Part shown: piece after piece, positions 9,799 through 20,400 of the stretch
Layout of the letters: every line of letters begins with the position of its first letter
Numbering within the stretch: the stretch's first letter is position 1
From: an uncultured candidate division Zixibacteria bacterium
GTDB taxonomy: Bacteria; Zixibacteria; MSB-5A5; GN15; FEB-12
NCBI GenBank assembly: GCA_963806185.1
Contig: CAWDXE010000001.1
Coordinates: forward strand, 207,512-271,511
Reading direction: 5' to 3'
Length of the DNA: 64,000 nt
The notes under the pieces: model-generated
What the model saw: only the letters and a program-made list of their open reading frames with translations
What the model was told of the DNA's origin: nothing
Database searches by the model: none
Made by a program: the position numbers and the translations under genes

Positions 9799-10656
9799 TC
9801 ACTTTACCGGGAAGTAACCGACCTCGGTGACAATTTTCTGCCCCTCGTCGGAGAGCACGAAGTCAACCAACGATTTCATGTCCCCTTTCGGCTTATTGCG
9901 TACATACCAGAAAAGGAAGCGCGACAGCGGATAGTCGCCCGACCGGACAGTTTCCAGCGTCGGTTCGAACCCGGGCGTGGCGGCATCTTTCTTCAGCTTG
10001 GCATACTTCACACCCTTGGCGTAGGCGGCCCCGCCATAACCGATGCCGTGCTTGTCTTTGGCGACAGCGTTGACGATGGCTGCCGTACCCGGCAGTGTCT
10101 GAACCTGAGCGGCAAAGTCCTCTCCTTTAAGGACGACGTCCTTGAAGTAGCCGTAGGTGCCGGAACTGTTCTCGCGTCCGTAGACGATGATGCGGGCGTC
10201 GGGTCCGCCGACATCCTTCCAGTTCGTAAGTTCACCGGTATAGATCAGTTTGAGTTGATCAATCGTCAATTCGTGAACCGGATTTTCGTCGTTGAGATAG
10301 ACCGCCAGACCATCGCGGGCGACCGGAATCTCGACGCCGGGCGTATTGAAGCGCTGCTTCAATTTGTCGATCTCACTCGCCTTGATCGGGCGAGAGGCTT
10401 CGCAAATGTCGGTCGTACCGTTGATCAGGGCGGCCAGACCCACACCCGACCCGCCGCCGGTGACCTGAATCACTGCGCCCGGGTGAGCTTTCATGAAGGC
10501 TTCGGCCCAGCGCTGTCCGAGCGGAAGCAGGGTGTCTGAACCCTTTACCGTGATTCCCTGTCCGGCAAAGAGGCCGCCGGCGATGCCGAGGCAGGACGCC
10601 ACGACGGCCATGGTGATGATGTTCTTTAGTGCTTTCATACTTCTCCTCATAGTCAC
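9799..10656 (-). CDS. pstS: phosphate ABC transporter substrate-binding protein PstS family
   Basis: A signal peptide and the PBP superfamily region 'GSDTLLPLGQRWAEAFMKAHPGAVIQVTGGGSGVGLAALINGTTDICEASRPIKASEIDKL', typical of the PstS family. Confidence 0.8.
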   Translation of the reverse strand: MTMRRSMKALKNIITMAVVASCLGIAGGLFAGQGITVKGSDTLLPLGQRWAEAFMKAHPGAVIQVTGGGSGVGLAALINGTTDICEASRPIKASEIDKLKQRFNTPGVEIPVARDGLAVYLNDENPVHELTIDQLKLIYTGELTNWKDVGGPDARIIVYGRENSSGTYGYFKDVVLKGEDFAAQVQTLPGTAAIVNAVAKDKHGIGYGGAAYAKGVKYAKLKKDAATPGFEPTLETVRSGDYPLSRFLFWYVRNKPKGDMKSLVDFVLSDEGQKIVTEVGYFPVK

Positions 10657-10659
10657 GTG

Positions 10660-11979
10660 TTAAAACACGAACTGGAATTGCAGGGTGAAGCGGTTATCCT
10701 TCACGTCCTTGTCCGATTTCGTGAAGATGCTGTTCCCGTCGAGCAGGTGGGCGACGTCGTACGCCGCAGTGACGCGCACATGAGCGTCCCAGAAGTAGTT
10801 GGCGGCCAGCGACAGTGTACCCGTAGCGTCATTCTGTTTGCTGCTCGCGGAGTTTGGGTCCCAGTAATCATAACGAACGGCGCCGCCGAGTTTGGTGCCG
10901 AGTGACTGCGACAGCCAAACATACCAGCCGCGCCCTTTGGCCAGCGAGTCGGCAGCCTTGGCATCGTAGTCTTTGGAGAGATACATTTCACCACGGATAG
11001 CCGAGCCGCCGAACGGCAGAACATCGAGATACACCTGCGCGTCAGCCCCATACCGGATCTTGTCCTTCTCGACACCGGGGATGGCGGCTTTGGCCGGTGT
11101 AGGCTGGGTCGTGGTGACTTCGCCGGCGTCAATCGCGTTATTGCCATTGGCATCAAACCAGGTCGAACTGCCCGGTTTGGCGGCGACAGCGGCCACACCG
11201 GCAGTGTTGGTCTTGCCCCAGTAGCCCGAGGCACCCAGATCAATCATCCCCAACTTCACCTTGGCGCGGGCGATGACGTCTTTGGCTTTGCTCGGATCGT
11301 ACCAGGTGGGCGCCTTGCCTTCGGCTCCTTCGATCCCCCATCCCTGGAAGATACCCAGATTCAGTTGGAGCGTTTTGGAGCCACGCTCGTTGAGCGGTCC
11401 GGTGTAGGTGACGTTCATGCCGCGATCGCGTTCACCTTTGAAGAGTTTGTTCTCGGCCAGACTGCGTTCGGGGAAGTCGCGCTGTGACGAACTGTATTCG
11501 ATTTCGTAGCCAAAGGGCCAGTTGAATTGCCCGGCCGTAAGCACAAACTGATGCAGGCCGATCGGTTTGATCAAGTCGACATAGGCTTCTTTCAGTGAAA
11601 TCGACTGCTTGGAGGCATCGACGTAGAAGACGTAGCGGCTCGTCTGGCCGGGTTGTACGGCGAATTTCAGCCGACCGCGCCGGATGTAGATATTGTTCGC
11701 ATTGCGATTGTCGGCGTAGCTGCCGGTGAGCAGGCCGCTCTTGGACGTGTCGTTGAACTCGTAGCGGGCCTGAAGATATCCGGAAACCTTCACCCACCTG
11801 AGAATGCCGACGTCGCTGTTGAGCGTGGCCAGGTTCTCTTCAATGCCGGCCAGCTTATCACTGACCGCGCCGGCCGATTGGTCGGAACTGTCTTTGGAAT
11901 CCGCTTGAGCGTGGACGGATGCGGTTAGCGCCAGGCATAACCAGATCCATTTGCTGATGCGCATGTTTCCCTCCAACAT
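10660..11979 (-). CDS. outer-membrane beta-barrel porin, probably phosphate-selective (OprO/OprP-like)
   Basis: A signal peptide (MRISKWIWLCLALTASVHAQA), ~420 aa with alternating hydrophobic beta-strand pattern, and a C-terminal 'QFQFVF' beta-barrel signature. It sits immediately upstream of pstS in the same orientation. Phosphate specificity is inferred from context only. Confidence 0.5.
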   Translation of the reverse strand: MLEGNMRISKWIWLCLALTASVHAQADSKDSSDQSAGAVSDKLAGIEENLATLNSDVGILRWVKVSGYLQARYEFNDTSKSGLLTGSYADNRNANNIYIRRGRLKFAVQPGQTSRYVFYVDASKQSISLKEAYVDLIKPIGLHQFVLTAGQFNWPFGYEIEYSSSQRDFPERSLAENKLFKGERDRGMNVTYTGPLNERGSKTLQLNLGIFQGWGIEGAEGKAPTWYDPSKAKDVIARAKVKLGMIDLGASGYWGKTNTAGVAAVAAKPGSSTWFDANGNNAIDAGEVTTTQPTPAKAAIPGVEKDKIRYGADAQVYLDVLPFGGSAIRGEMYLSKDYDAKAADSLAKGRGWYVWLSQSLGTKLGGAVRYDYWDPNSASSKQNDATGTLSLAANYFWDAHVRVTAAYDVAHLLDGNSIFTKSDKDVKDNRFTLQFQFVF

Positions 11980-12279
11980 ATGTCGTTTCCATCCTGTTGT
12001 CGCGTTGGCGTCGTCATCCCCAAGTTCACGTGTTGAGGCGGCGATCGCGTTGTCCTGCGCCCAATTAAACCGGCTGATTATTAGGATAAAGTTAGGCCGA
12101 CATTAGAAATTCTGACAAAGAGCTCCACGCGCCACTGTCATTCCTGGAGTGGAAGTACTTTTGTTGCACAGATATAACCAGAGCTGGCGATTCAACACTG
12201 ACAGAATCTTAGTACGGAGGGCTGGGGCGACGATACCAAGGAGGAGGCCTTCGGCTATCCTTGATGGGTTAGAACCGCC

Positions 12280-14544
12280 GTGCCCTGGGCATGGCGACAG
12301 AGCATATACATGATTAGTTCCATACGACGTACGCAAACTAAGATCCTTCTGTTAATACTCATTCTGGGGGCAGGCTTCGCGATCGGCCTCGGGGTGGCTT
12401 TCCACGAGCAGTCACGACTCGAACAGAACATGCTCGTCGAGCGTCAGCGTGAAAAGGCCGACCTTCTCCGCGAGGTGGTGCGGCAGAAGTCCGAATCCCT
12501 GCATATGTTCACTGACGACTACAGTCGTTGGGACGACATGATTCGTTTTATCGATACCCACCCGGTCGATTCCCAATGGGCCAGGGAGAACCTGGATGTC
12601 GCTATCGCCAACTTCGGCGGCCAGACCGTGATGGTCTTCGACAGCAAATTCAATCCGATATTCGCCACCACGGGAAGCGTCCGAAGGGCCGATGAACAAC
12701 TACCTATTGCGGCGGTCTGCCGCCAAGTTCTCTCCGGTGTTCCTTTTCAACACTTCTATCTACGACAACCGACCGGCGTATTCGAACTCTTCACCGCTCC
12801 GGTACAGCCAACGAAGGATATCGAGCGAAAGTCAACACCACGCGGATATTTCGTCACCGGCTACTTCTGGGAAGACTCGTTGCTGAATTGGCTGTCGTTG
12901 CGAACGGGGACGGTCACCACGCTGGCGGGAATTGACGACCACGGCGAATTTGCCGCGCTGTCCCTGGGTGAGAACGGCGCTTTGATAGCTTACACACCGC
13001 TGATCGGTCCGGATGGACGGCCGGTTGCGGCCCTGGAGAGCCGCTATCACTCGGAGGTGTTCGCTGAGCAGGTGGCCTTGATTCACCGGCAAGTGGCGGC
13101 CCTGGCCATGTTCGGTGCGGTGGTGGTCGCAGTGCTCTTACTATCCCTGTACGCCTGGGTCAGTCGCCCCCTGGAAATCATCAATACCGGTCTCAACACC
13201 CAATCGGGCGAACCGCTACTGCAGCTCACGTCACAAACGGACGAATTCGGCCAGATCGCCCGACTCATAACCACCTCGTTTTCCCAACGGCTGGCGCTGG
13301 TCGAGGAAATCGTGGAAAGGCGACAGGCCGAACGAAATGCCCATGAGAGCAAACGGGCGCTGAGTTCATTCATCAGTAATCTGCCCGGTATGGCTTACCG
13401 GTGCCGCAACGACGTCGAACGAACAGTCGAATATGTCAGCGATGGTTGTGTCGGCGTTACCGGTTTCACCGCCGATTACTTCACGCTCAAGCAGAGTCTC
13501 TCGCTCAATAAACTCATTCACATGGGTGATCGCGACCAGGTGCGACTGACGATCGAATCGGCCGTGGCCTCGCGCCAGAGTTATGCGCTGACCTATCGGA
13601 TCAACGCAGCTGATAAATCCGAACGCTCGGTCCTCGAACAGGGTCGGGCCGTGTATGCGTCCGACGGAAAAGTGACGGCTTTGGAAGGGATCATTCTCGA
13701 AATCACTGATCGAGTCGAAGCGGAACGGGAACGGGCTTTCCTCCAGAACAAGCTCAACCGGGCCGAGCGGGTTCAGGCTCTCGGACTCCTGGCGGGAGGA
13801 GTTGCTCATGATCTCAACAACATGCTCGCGCCGGTGATGGCCTATCCCGATCTGATATTATCCAAACTACCCGAAAACGATCCCCTGCGACCCAAGCTCA
13901 TGATTATCAGGGATGCAGCTCAACAGGCGGTGGATGTCGTTCAGGACCTCCTGACCATGGCCCGACGAGGCCGTATCGAGATGACGTCGGCCAATCTCAA
14001 TGACGTTGTGGAAAGGTACACGCATTCCGCCAATTTCCTCCAACTGACAGCCAAGCATCCCGATGTGGCCGTAGTCATAGACCTCGCCCCCGACATGGAT
14101 TCTATTGGCGGATCGGTGACGCACTTGAACAAGGCGCTCATGAACATCGTGGTAAACGCCTTTGACGCCATGAGTCGAGGGGGACAGCTCACTATTCGTA
14201 CGCGCCAACGCAACGTCACGGAACTTGCCGACGGCCACCGCATTATCCCCGGCGAATATATCATCCTGTCCGTGTCCGACACCGGCGTAGGCATTCCACC
14301 CGAAGACATGAAAAAGATCTTCGAGCCCTATTTCTCGCGGAAGCAGATGGGCACCAGCGGCACGGGACTCGGACTTGCCGTGGTATACGGTACGGTGAAA
14401 GATCATCACGGATATTACGATATTATTTCGCAGGTTGGCGAAGGGACCGAGTTCATCCTGTACTTCCCAGCCGAGAATCAATCTACGGGCGTCGACGCCG
14501 ACGGCTCACGAGTATCGACTTTGGCCACCCCTAAAGCAATTTAA
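12280..14544 (+). CDS. sensor histidine kinase (TM–periplasmic sensor–TM–PAS–HisKA–HATPase_c)
   Basis: Two TM segments flank a ~240-aa periplasmic domain. The PAS region contains 'FISNLPGMAYRCRND…'. H-box 'HDLNNMLAPVMAYPDLIL'. N/G-box 'LMNIVVNAFDAM…SVSDTGVGIPPEDMKKIFEPYFS…GTGLGLAVV'. Confidence 0.8.
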   Translation: MPWAWRQSIYMISSIRRTQTKILLLILILGAGFAIGLGVAFHEQSRLEQNMLVERQREKADLLREVVRQKSESLHMFTDDYSRWDDMIRFIDTHPVDSQWARENLDVAIANFGGQTVMVFDSKFNPIFATTGSVRRADEQLPIAAVCRQVLSGVPFQHFYLRQPTGVFELFTAPVQPTKDIERKSTPRGYFVTGYFWEDSLLNWLSLRTGTVTTLAGIDDHGEFAALSLGENGALIAYTPLIGPDGRPVAALESRYHSEVFAEQVALIHRQVAALAMFGAVVVAVLLLSLYAWVSRPLEIINTGLNTQSGEPLLQLTSQTDEFGQIARLITTSFSQRLALVEEIVERRQAERNAHESKRALSSFISNLPGMAYRCRNDVERTVEYVSDGCVGVTGFTADYFTLKQSLSLNKLIHMGDRDQVRLTIESAVASRQSYALTYRINAADKSERSVLEQGRAVYASDGKVTALEGIILEITDRVEAERERAFLQNKLNRAERVQALGLLAGGVAHDLNNMLAPVMAYPDLILSKLPENDPLRPKLMIIRDAAQQAVDVVQDLLTMARRGRIEMTSANLNDVVERYTHSANFLQLTAKHPDVAVVIDLAPDMDSIGGSVTHLNKALMNIVVNAFDAMSRGGQLTIRTRQRNVTELADGHRIIPGEYIILSVSDTGVGIPPEDMKKIFEPYFSRKQMGTSGTGLGLAVVYGTVKDHHGYYDIISQVGEGTEFILYFPAENQSTGVDADGSRVSTLATPKAI

Positions 14545-14753
14545 GTCCCTCACCGACAATAGGTATGAGCGGGGCAACCGTCGGAAGGCAGCCTGGGCAG
14601 CTAGCCGTTTTTCTGTCTTCTAACAATGTCATCTGTTCCCGCAAGCAAACTTTGGACCGCCATGTACCGGGCGTCTGATCACCATGGCAGGAATCTGCCT
14701 GTCCAAATTGATCGGCGCTACTTGATTCAGGGCAGGTCCGTCGGAGAAGCAGC

Positions 14754-17309
14754 GTGATTCATCGTATCCGCACTCGTGTCATCGCAGTTGTTTGTCTTTT
14801 GGCAGCGATTGCCGTGGCGGGGGTTGTGGCTGTCCAGTTCGCCGTAACCGATGAGTTAAGAGCCCTCCTGCACGATCGCCGTATTGACATTGAGGCGTGG
14901 ACCGATCGCGTTCTCAAATTGAACGGCAAGTCACTGGAGGCGATGGCCTATGATTACTCGTACTGGGACGAGATGGTCGATTTCCTCGGAAAGTCTGATT
15001 CCGCCTGGGCGCTTGACAATATCTCCGCGTCGTTAGGGACGTACAATGCAAACGTGGTGTGGTTAGTTCAGCTTGACGGAAGTTTGCATCACCTCTCGAC
15101 CGATGAGAACTGCCCTTTGCTTACCGCGGAAATAGCGGCGAATCTCATCTCGGTACGCACGCTTGGCGCGGAGCCGTTCCGTCACTTCTTCACAACGATT
15201 CCAGATGGTCTTCTTGAGATCCGGACAGCACCCATCCAGCCGAGTAGCGATATCGAGCGCAAGACCACCCCTCGAGGATACCTGTTGGTCGGCAGGATAT
15301 GGAATCGTGCCTGCCTCGACAATCTGGAGTCACTGCTGGAAGCCAAACTGGAGCTCTGTTCGCCCCAGAGTGATTCGGCACTTACTTCTGCTGCCAATGA
15401 AGATATTCGGGCCGGCATCCTTCGCACTGGATATGTACTGCGTGATATGGATGGCAAGCCGCTGGCGGTGTTAATGAGTCTGACAAAGACACCAATGATT
15501 TCGGAAGTGGCCCACGAGTCGGACCGAACGGTGTACAGTGTCGCGCTGCTGGCCGGACTGTTCTTGATCAGTTTGTGGTTTGCGATTACCCGCTGGGTGG
15601 TACGGCCGCTCGGGCATGTCTCAAGTGCTCTGCAGGGAGTGGAGCCCGAGTCATTGGCGCATCTGCACTCGTCCGGCGCGGAGTTTTCCGAAATTGGCAC
15701 GCTCATTTCACGATACTCGGCATCCGAACGCGCCCTGCAGGAAAGCCAGCGGTCGCTGCAGACGCTCTTTTCAAACCTGCCGGGGATGGCCTACCGCTGT
15801 GCCAACGACAATTACTGGACTATGGAGATGGTGAGCGACGGCTGTACTGACCTTACCGGCTATCAAGTGTCGGACTTGACCGACAATCGTCAGGTGTCGT
15901 TCGGCGAGTTGATCGTCGCCGATGATCGGAAGATGGTGTGGGACTCGGTGCAGGCGGCCCTGGATTTGCATCGTCCGTTTCACTTGCTCTACGGAATCCG
16001 GCATCGCGATGGGACCATCAGGTTTGTCGAAGAGCACGGTCGGGGTGTATTTGACAACGAGGACAAACTCCTGGCGCTTGAGGGGTTCATTGCAGATATC
16101 ACCGAGCGCCGGAAAGCGGAGTCGGAACAGGCGGAGCTTCGCGCCCAGCTCGAAACGGCGCGGCGCCTGGAATCACTGGGCATTCTCGCCGGCGGCGTGG
16201 CTCATGATCTGAACAACATGCTCGGCCCGCTGGTGGCGTATCCGGAAATGATTCTGGAATCGCTGCCGCCGGACAGTAATGTACGCGATTCAGTGGCCCA
16301 GCTCGGCCGCTCGGCCGAGATGGCGGCCAATGTCATCCAGGATCTGCTCACGCTGGCACGACGAGGTCGATACAAAATGTGTGCCACCGATGTGAATGAA
16401 ATCGTAACCAGCTATATTTCATCGCCCAGCTTCCAAATGCTCAAGGGCAAACACCAGAACGTCCTGGTGCACACTGTTCTTGAGGAGAATCTGCCGGCAA
16501 TAAACGGGTCAGCCACTCACTTGTTCAAGGTCCTCATGAATCTGGTGGTGAATGCCTTTGACGCAATGTCGGACGGAGGGGTACTGCGCATGACGACCGG
16601 GCGCCGCATCCTGACGGAGGCCCCGGCCGGCAACGAATCGCTGGCAGCAGGCGAATACGTCGTTCTGAGCATCTCGGATACCGGCGCCGGAATCGCCGAG
16701 GCAGACAGAGCACGGATCTTCGAACCGTATTTTTCGACCAAGAAGATGGGCGGCAGTGGGACAGGCCTTGGTCTGGCAATTGTCCATGGAATCGTCAAGG
16801 ATCACAACGGGGCAGTTCTGATTATGTCCGAGGTAGGACACGGCACGGCAATGGAGATATTCCTGCCGGTTACGACCTGTCCAACCCGGACGGTCGCCGA
16901 AGCCAACGAGAGTTTACTCGGCACCGGGCACATACTGATTGTGGATGACATGGCGGAGCAACGCGCGCTGGCTTCGCACCTCCTCACCAGCCTGGGGTAT
17001 ACCACAGGGTCGGTGTCAACCGGGACTGCGGCGACGGAGTATGTCGCCCGGCACAAAGTTGATCTGGTCGTTCTGGATATGCTCCTGGAACCGGAGATGG
17101 ACGGTCTGGACGCATTGCGCGAAATCCGCCGCGCCCAACCTGACGTTGCGGTTGTCCTTGTTTCGGGCTACGCCGCGACGGAGCGGGTACACCTGGCCCT
17201 GGAGGCCGGGGCATCCTCGCTCGTACCGAAGCCATTCACGCGCGATACACTGGGCAGAGCGGTTCTGGCTGCACGGCGTGGGCAACATCAGCCGACGGTC
17301 CAGGTCTGA
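14754..17309 (+). CDS. hybrid sensor histidine kinase/response regulator (paralog of 12280..14544 with C-terminal REC domain)
   Basis: It shares the periplasmic domain with the upstream kinase ('DYSYWDEMVDF', 'IERKTTPRGY'), as well as PAS, H-box 'HDLNNMLGPLVAYPEMIL' and HATPase_c. The C-terminal receiver is 'ILIVDDMAEQRA…VDLVVLDMLLEPEMDGLDALREIRR…VVLVSGY…KPF'. GTG start. Confidence 0.8.
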   Translation: MIHRIRTRVIAVVCLLAAIAVAGVVAVQFAVTDELRALLHDRRIDIEAWTDRVLKLNGKSLEAMAYDYSYWDEMVDFLGKSDSAWALDNISASLGTYNANVVWLVQLDGSLHHLSTDENCPLLTAEIAANLISVRTLGAEPFRHFFTTIPDGLLEIRTAPIQPSSDIERKTTPRGYLLVGRIWNRACLDNLESLLEAKLELCSPQSDSALTSAANEDIRAGILRTGYVLRDMDGKPLAVLMSLTKTPMISEVAHESDRTVYSVALLAGLFLISLWFAITRWVVRPLGHVSSALQGVEPESLAHLHSSGAEFSEIGTLISRYSASERALQESQRSLQTLFSNLPGMAYRCANDNYWTMEMVSDGCTDLTGYQVSDLTDNRQVSFGELIVADDRKMVWDSVQAALDLHRPFHLLYGIRHRDGTIRFVEEHGRGVFDNEDKLLALEGFIADITERRKAESEQAELRAQLETARRLESLGILAGGVAHDLNNMLGPLVAYPEMILESLPPDSNVRDSVAQLGRSAEMAANVIQDLLTLARRGRYKMCATDVNEIVTSYISSPSFQMLKGKHQNVLVHTVLEENLPAINGSATHLFKVLMNLVVNAFDAMSDGGVLRMTTGRRILTEAPAGNESLAAGEYVVLSISDTGAGIAEADRARIFEPYFSTKKMGGSGTGLGLAIVHGIVKDHNGAVLIMSEVGHGTAMEIFLPVTTCPTRTVAEANESLLGTGHILIVDDMAEQRALASHLLTSLGYTTGSVSTGTAATEYVARHKVDLVVLDMLLEPEMDGLDALREIRRAQPDVAVVLVSGYAATERVHLALEAGASSLVPKPFTRDTLGRAVLAARRGQHQPTVQV

Positions 17310-17419
17310 GTTATCCGTTCAACTTCCCGCTTCCGGAAATACGGCACCCAGAATGTGCTTGTACGCACTGTCCGGATGCCGTAGATTTTTCCCAAACAAC
17401 AAAATCAGTTCCACGGCGA

Positions 17420-20400
17420 GTGGTGGAGGTAGATCCTTTGCGTAGTGCTCGTTTCCTCGTGGCGGCGCTCTTTCTGGCGTTGCCCATATTCGTAAGTGCC
17501 GCCGATGAATTCGTTTCTCTTCAGCCAGACCAACCGATAGCCGATTTTCGCACGGAAGCGGTTTATGACAACGAATCCGGTCACGTGGTCGGCGCGAGAT
17601 TCCGACATGTGCCCAGTGGCTTCGTGCTTGACCTGCTGCGCATTCAATCGCTCCCCCAGGCGTTCATGTGGGTGAACTCGCCGCCTCCTTCCGACCAGGG
17701 CGAACCTCACACGCTGGAGCATCTCCTGTTGGGCAAGGGCAACAAGGGGCGGTATGTCGCTTCGCTTGAGGATATGTCTCTGGGCTCCAGCTCGGCATTC
17801 ACCATGCAGGTACAGACCTGTTACCACTTCAACGCGCCGACGCCGGAGATATTCTTCAATCTGCTCGAAGCCAAGATGGACGCAATGGTGCACCCGAATT
17901 ACTCGGATGAAGAAATTCGGCGTGAGGTCGCCAACATGGGTGTGGCCGAGAACCAGTCGGACGGATCTCTCCGTCTGGAAGAAAAGGGAACGGTCTACAA
18001 CGAGATGACCCGATCATTTGAAAGTCCCTGGGGTAATCTCAGTGTTACGATGGATCGGATGATTTGGGGCGCGGGGCATCCGCTATCATTTTCGTCAGGC
18101 GGGTATCCCGATTCAATTCGCAACATGACGCCGGACGACCTGCGCGCGTTTCACGGCGCCACCCACCATTTGAATAACATGGGTGCCGAAGTGGCTTTGC
18201 CGGACGCGATAAGTCTGGACGACGCGCTGACTCAAATCTCGTCGATTCTCAAGCGGATTGAACCGGAGGCGAAAACGGGCGATCATCCGTCAGCACTTTA
18301 CGATCGCCTTCCGGCCGCCAAGTCGGCGCCGTACGGGACGATCGCTATCACTGAGTTCCCGCACGCCGATGAAAACGAGCCGGGTCTGCTGCTGATGTCC
18401 TGGCCGCCGATTGAGAAGGTGGACAATAACGAGCTGTACCTGCTCGAATTGCTTATGAACAACCTGGCCAACGGGCCGTCGTCCAACCTGTACAAGCGGT
18501 TTATCGATTCCCGTACGCGGACCATCGATATTGGCGCAAGTGGAACGTTTGTCTGGGTCGGCAATGAACCGGGACACCCGGTGCAGATGGGATTTGGCGA
18601 TATCAACCGGGCTTCGAATAATGAAAAGATGATCGACTCCGTGCGCTCGGCGGTGATCAGTGAGATTGCCCAGATTGCGGCTCTGAAGGATGGCTCGCCG
18701 GAATTAAAGGATTTCAACGATCGAGCCCTGAATCGGATAGCGCAGCGGCGGCGGACGCTTCGCCAGTTCCTCAATTCACCGCCCGGCTGGGGCGCCCGGG
18801 GCACCGGGTCGGAGTGGATGGAGCATTTGCGTCGACTGCATTACAGCGGCGGCTTCCATCGTTCACTCGTGCTGGCAAACGAACTGGCCTTTGCGGATTC
18901 ACTGGTCAATCAACCGGCGAATATATGGCGCGAATACATCAATCGGTGGCAACTGCTTACGGTGAAGCCGTATGCCGTAAGTGCCAAGGCCAGCCCGCAG
19001 CTTCTGGCCCGACAGGAAGCGGCGCGGCAGGCACGGATCGACGCCTACGCCGACAAGCTGATGAAGGAATACGGCGTGTCCGACCGGAGCGAGGCCATCA
19101 AGCGCTTCAGTGCCGACTACGATCGCAACACCGCGGCCATCGATGCGGAGGCCACCAGGATCACGATGCCGGCCTTTGCGCACAATCCGCCGATGACACT
19201 CGATGATCAGTTGAAATACCGGGTGGACACGCTTCCGGGCGGTGCTCCGCTGGTTGCCTCGACATTCGAAAACATGTCCGGCGCGACCATGGGGTTTGCG
19301 TTTCGGATGGACGTCGTCCCGGAATCGCTGCTGGTCTATGTGTCGGCGCTGCCGGATTTGCTGACGTCGATCGGCGGGACATATAAGGGGCAGCTTCTCG
19401 CCTACGACAAGATGTCGGAGGCAGTTCGAAAAGAGATCCTTCGCTTAAGCACGTATTATAGCGTCAATTACCGCAAGGAGCGGGTTGAACTGGTATGTCG
19501 TGCTGCGGGCAGCGACAGTGTCGAGGCCCAACGGGCGGTCGACTGGATTAACACGGCGTTGTTCGGCGCCAATTTCTCGGTGGAGAATCTCCCCCGCATT
19601 CGCGACGTGATCGATCAGACCCTCATGGATATCCGCAGCCGAACCGCCAGTGCGGAGGAAAGCTGGGTGGACGAGCCGGCGAACGGCTATTGGAAGCAGG
19701 ACGACCCGCTTATCCTGGCGGCGGATAACTTCCTCACGCGCGCCCACGCGTTCCACCGTCTGCGCTGGCTGCTGAAGGAATCCGGTTCACCCACGCTGGG
19801 CGATCAATTCTCCAAGTTCATGGACGAACTTGCACCACTCGGCGCCAACTACACCCGGGACACGATTCTTCTGGTGCTCGGCTATCTGAAAACCGACACA
19901 ACCGAAAAGGCGCTGTTGCCGGAAGCCGACCGTCTGCGGAAATTGATGGCGGCGGCGCGGGAAGACACGCGCGGTGTTATCGAGGACGCACTTTCGGACC
20001 TGGAGCGACTGCTGTCGGATATCCCCGACAATTCGTTGGGGGCCGACTGGCGGTATCTCTGCCGACAAATGACACTCGATTTCCTGACGCCGGCGCGCGA
20101 GGCGCTCGATCAACTGCAGGCTGTTCTGGCGTTGGTGCGTCGGTCGGACAACGTGCGCAGTTTTGTCGTGGGATCGACCGCCACGCAGAAGGCGCTGCGC
20201 CCCCGGCTCGATGAGATCGTCAGCCGACTGGACACGGCGCCCTCCAAGCGGGCAACGTACGCAGCAGGCGAACGAATCAATAATCGGCTGAAGGAACGGG
20301 CGAAAAACAGCACCCCGCCGATCTATGTTGGACTGGTGAATAACAGCACGCGTTCGGGGGTCATATTCAACACGGCCGACTGCGCTTCGTATGCGGACAC

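Noticed and set aside
12000-12280. A possible small RNA/tRNA-like structure upstream of the first histidine kinase (nested hairpin CAAGGA…GCCTTCGGC…TCCTTG)
   Set aside because: I could not fit a cloverleaf with a T-loop (GTTCGANTC) and anticodon arm by eye. It is kept only as an unverified hairpin.
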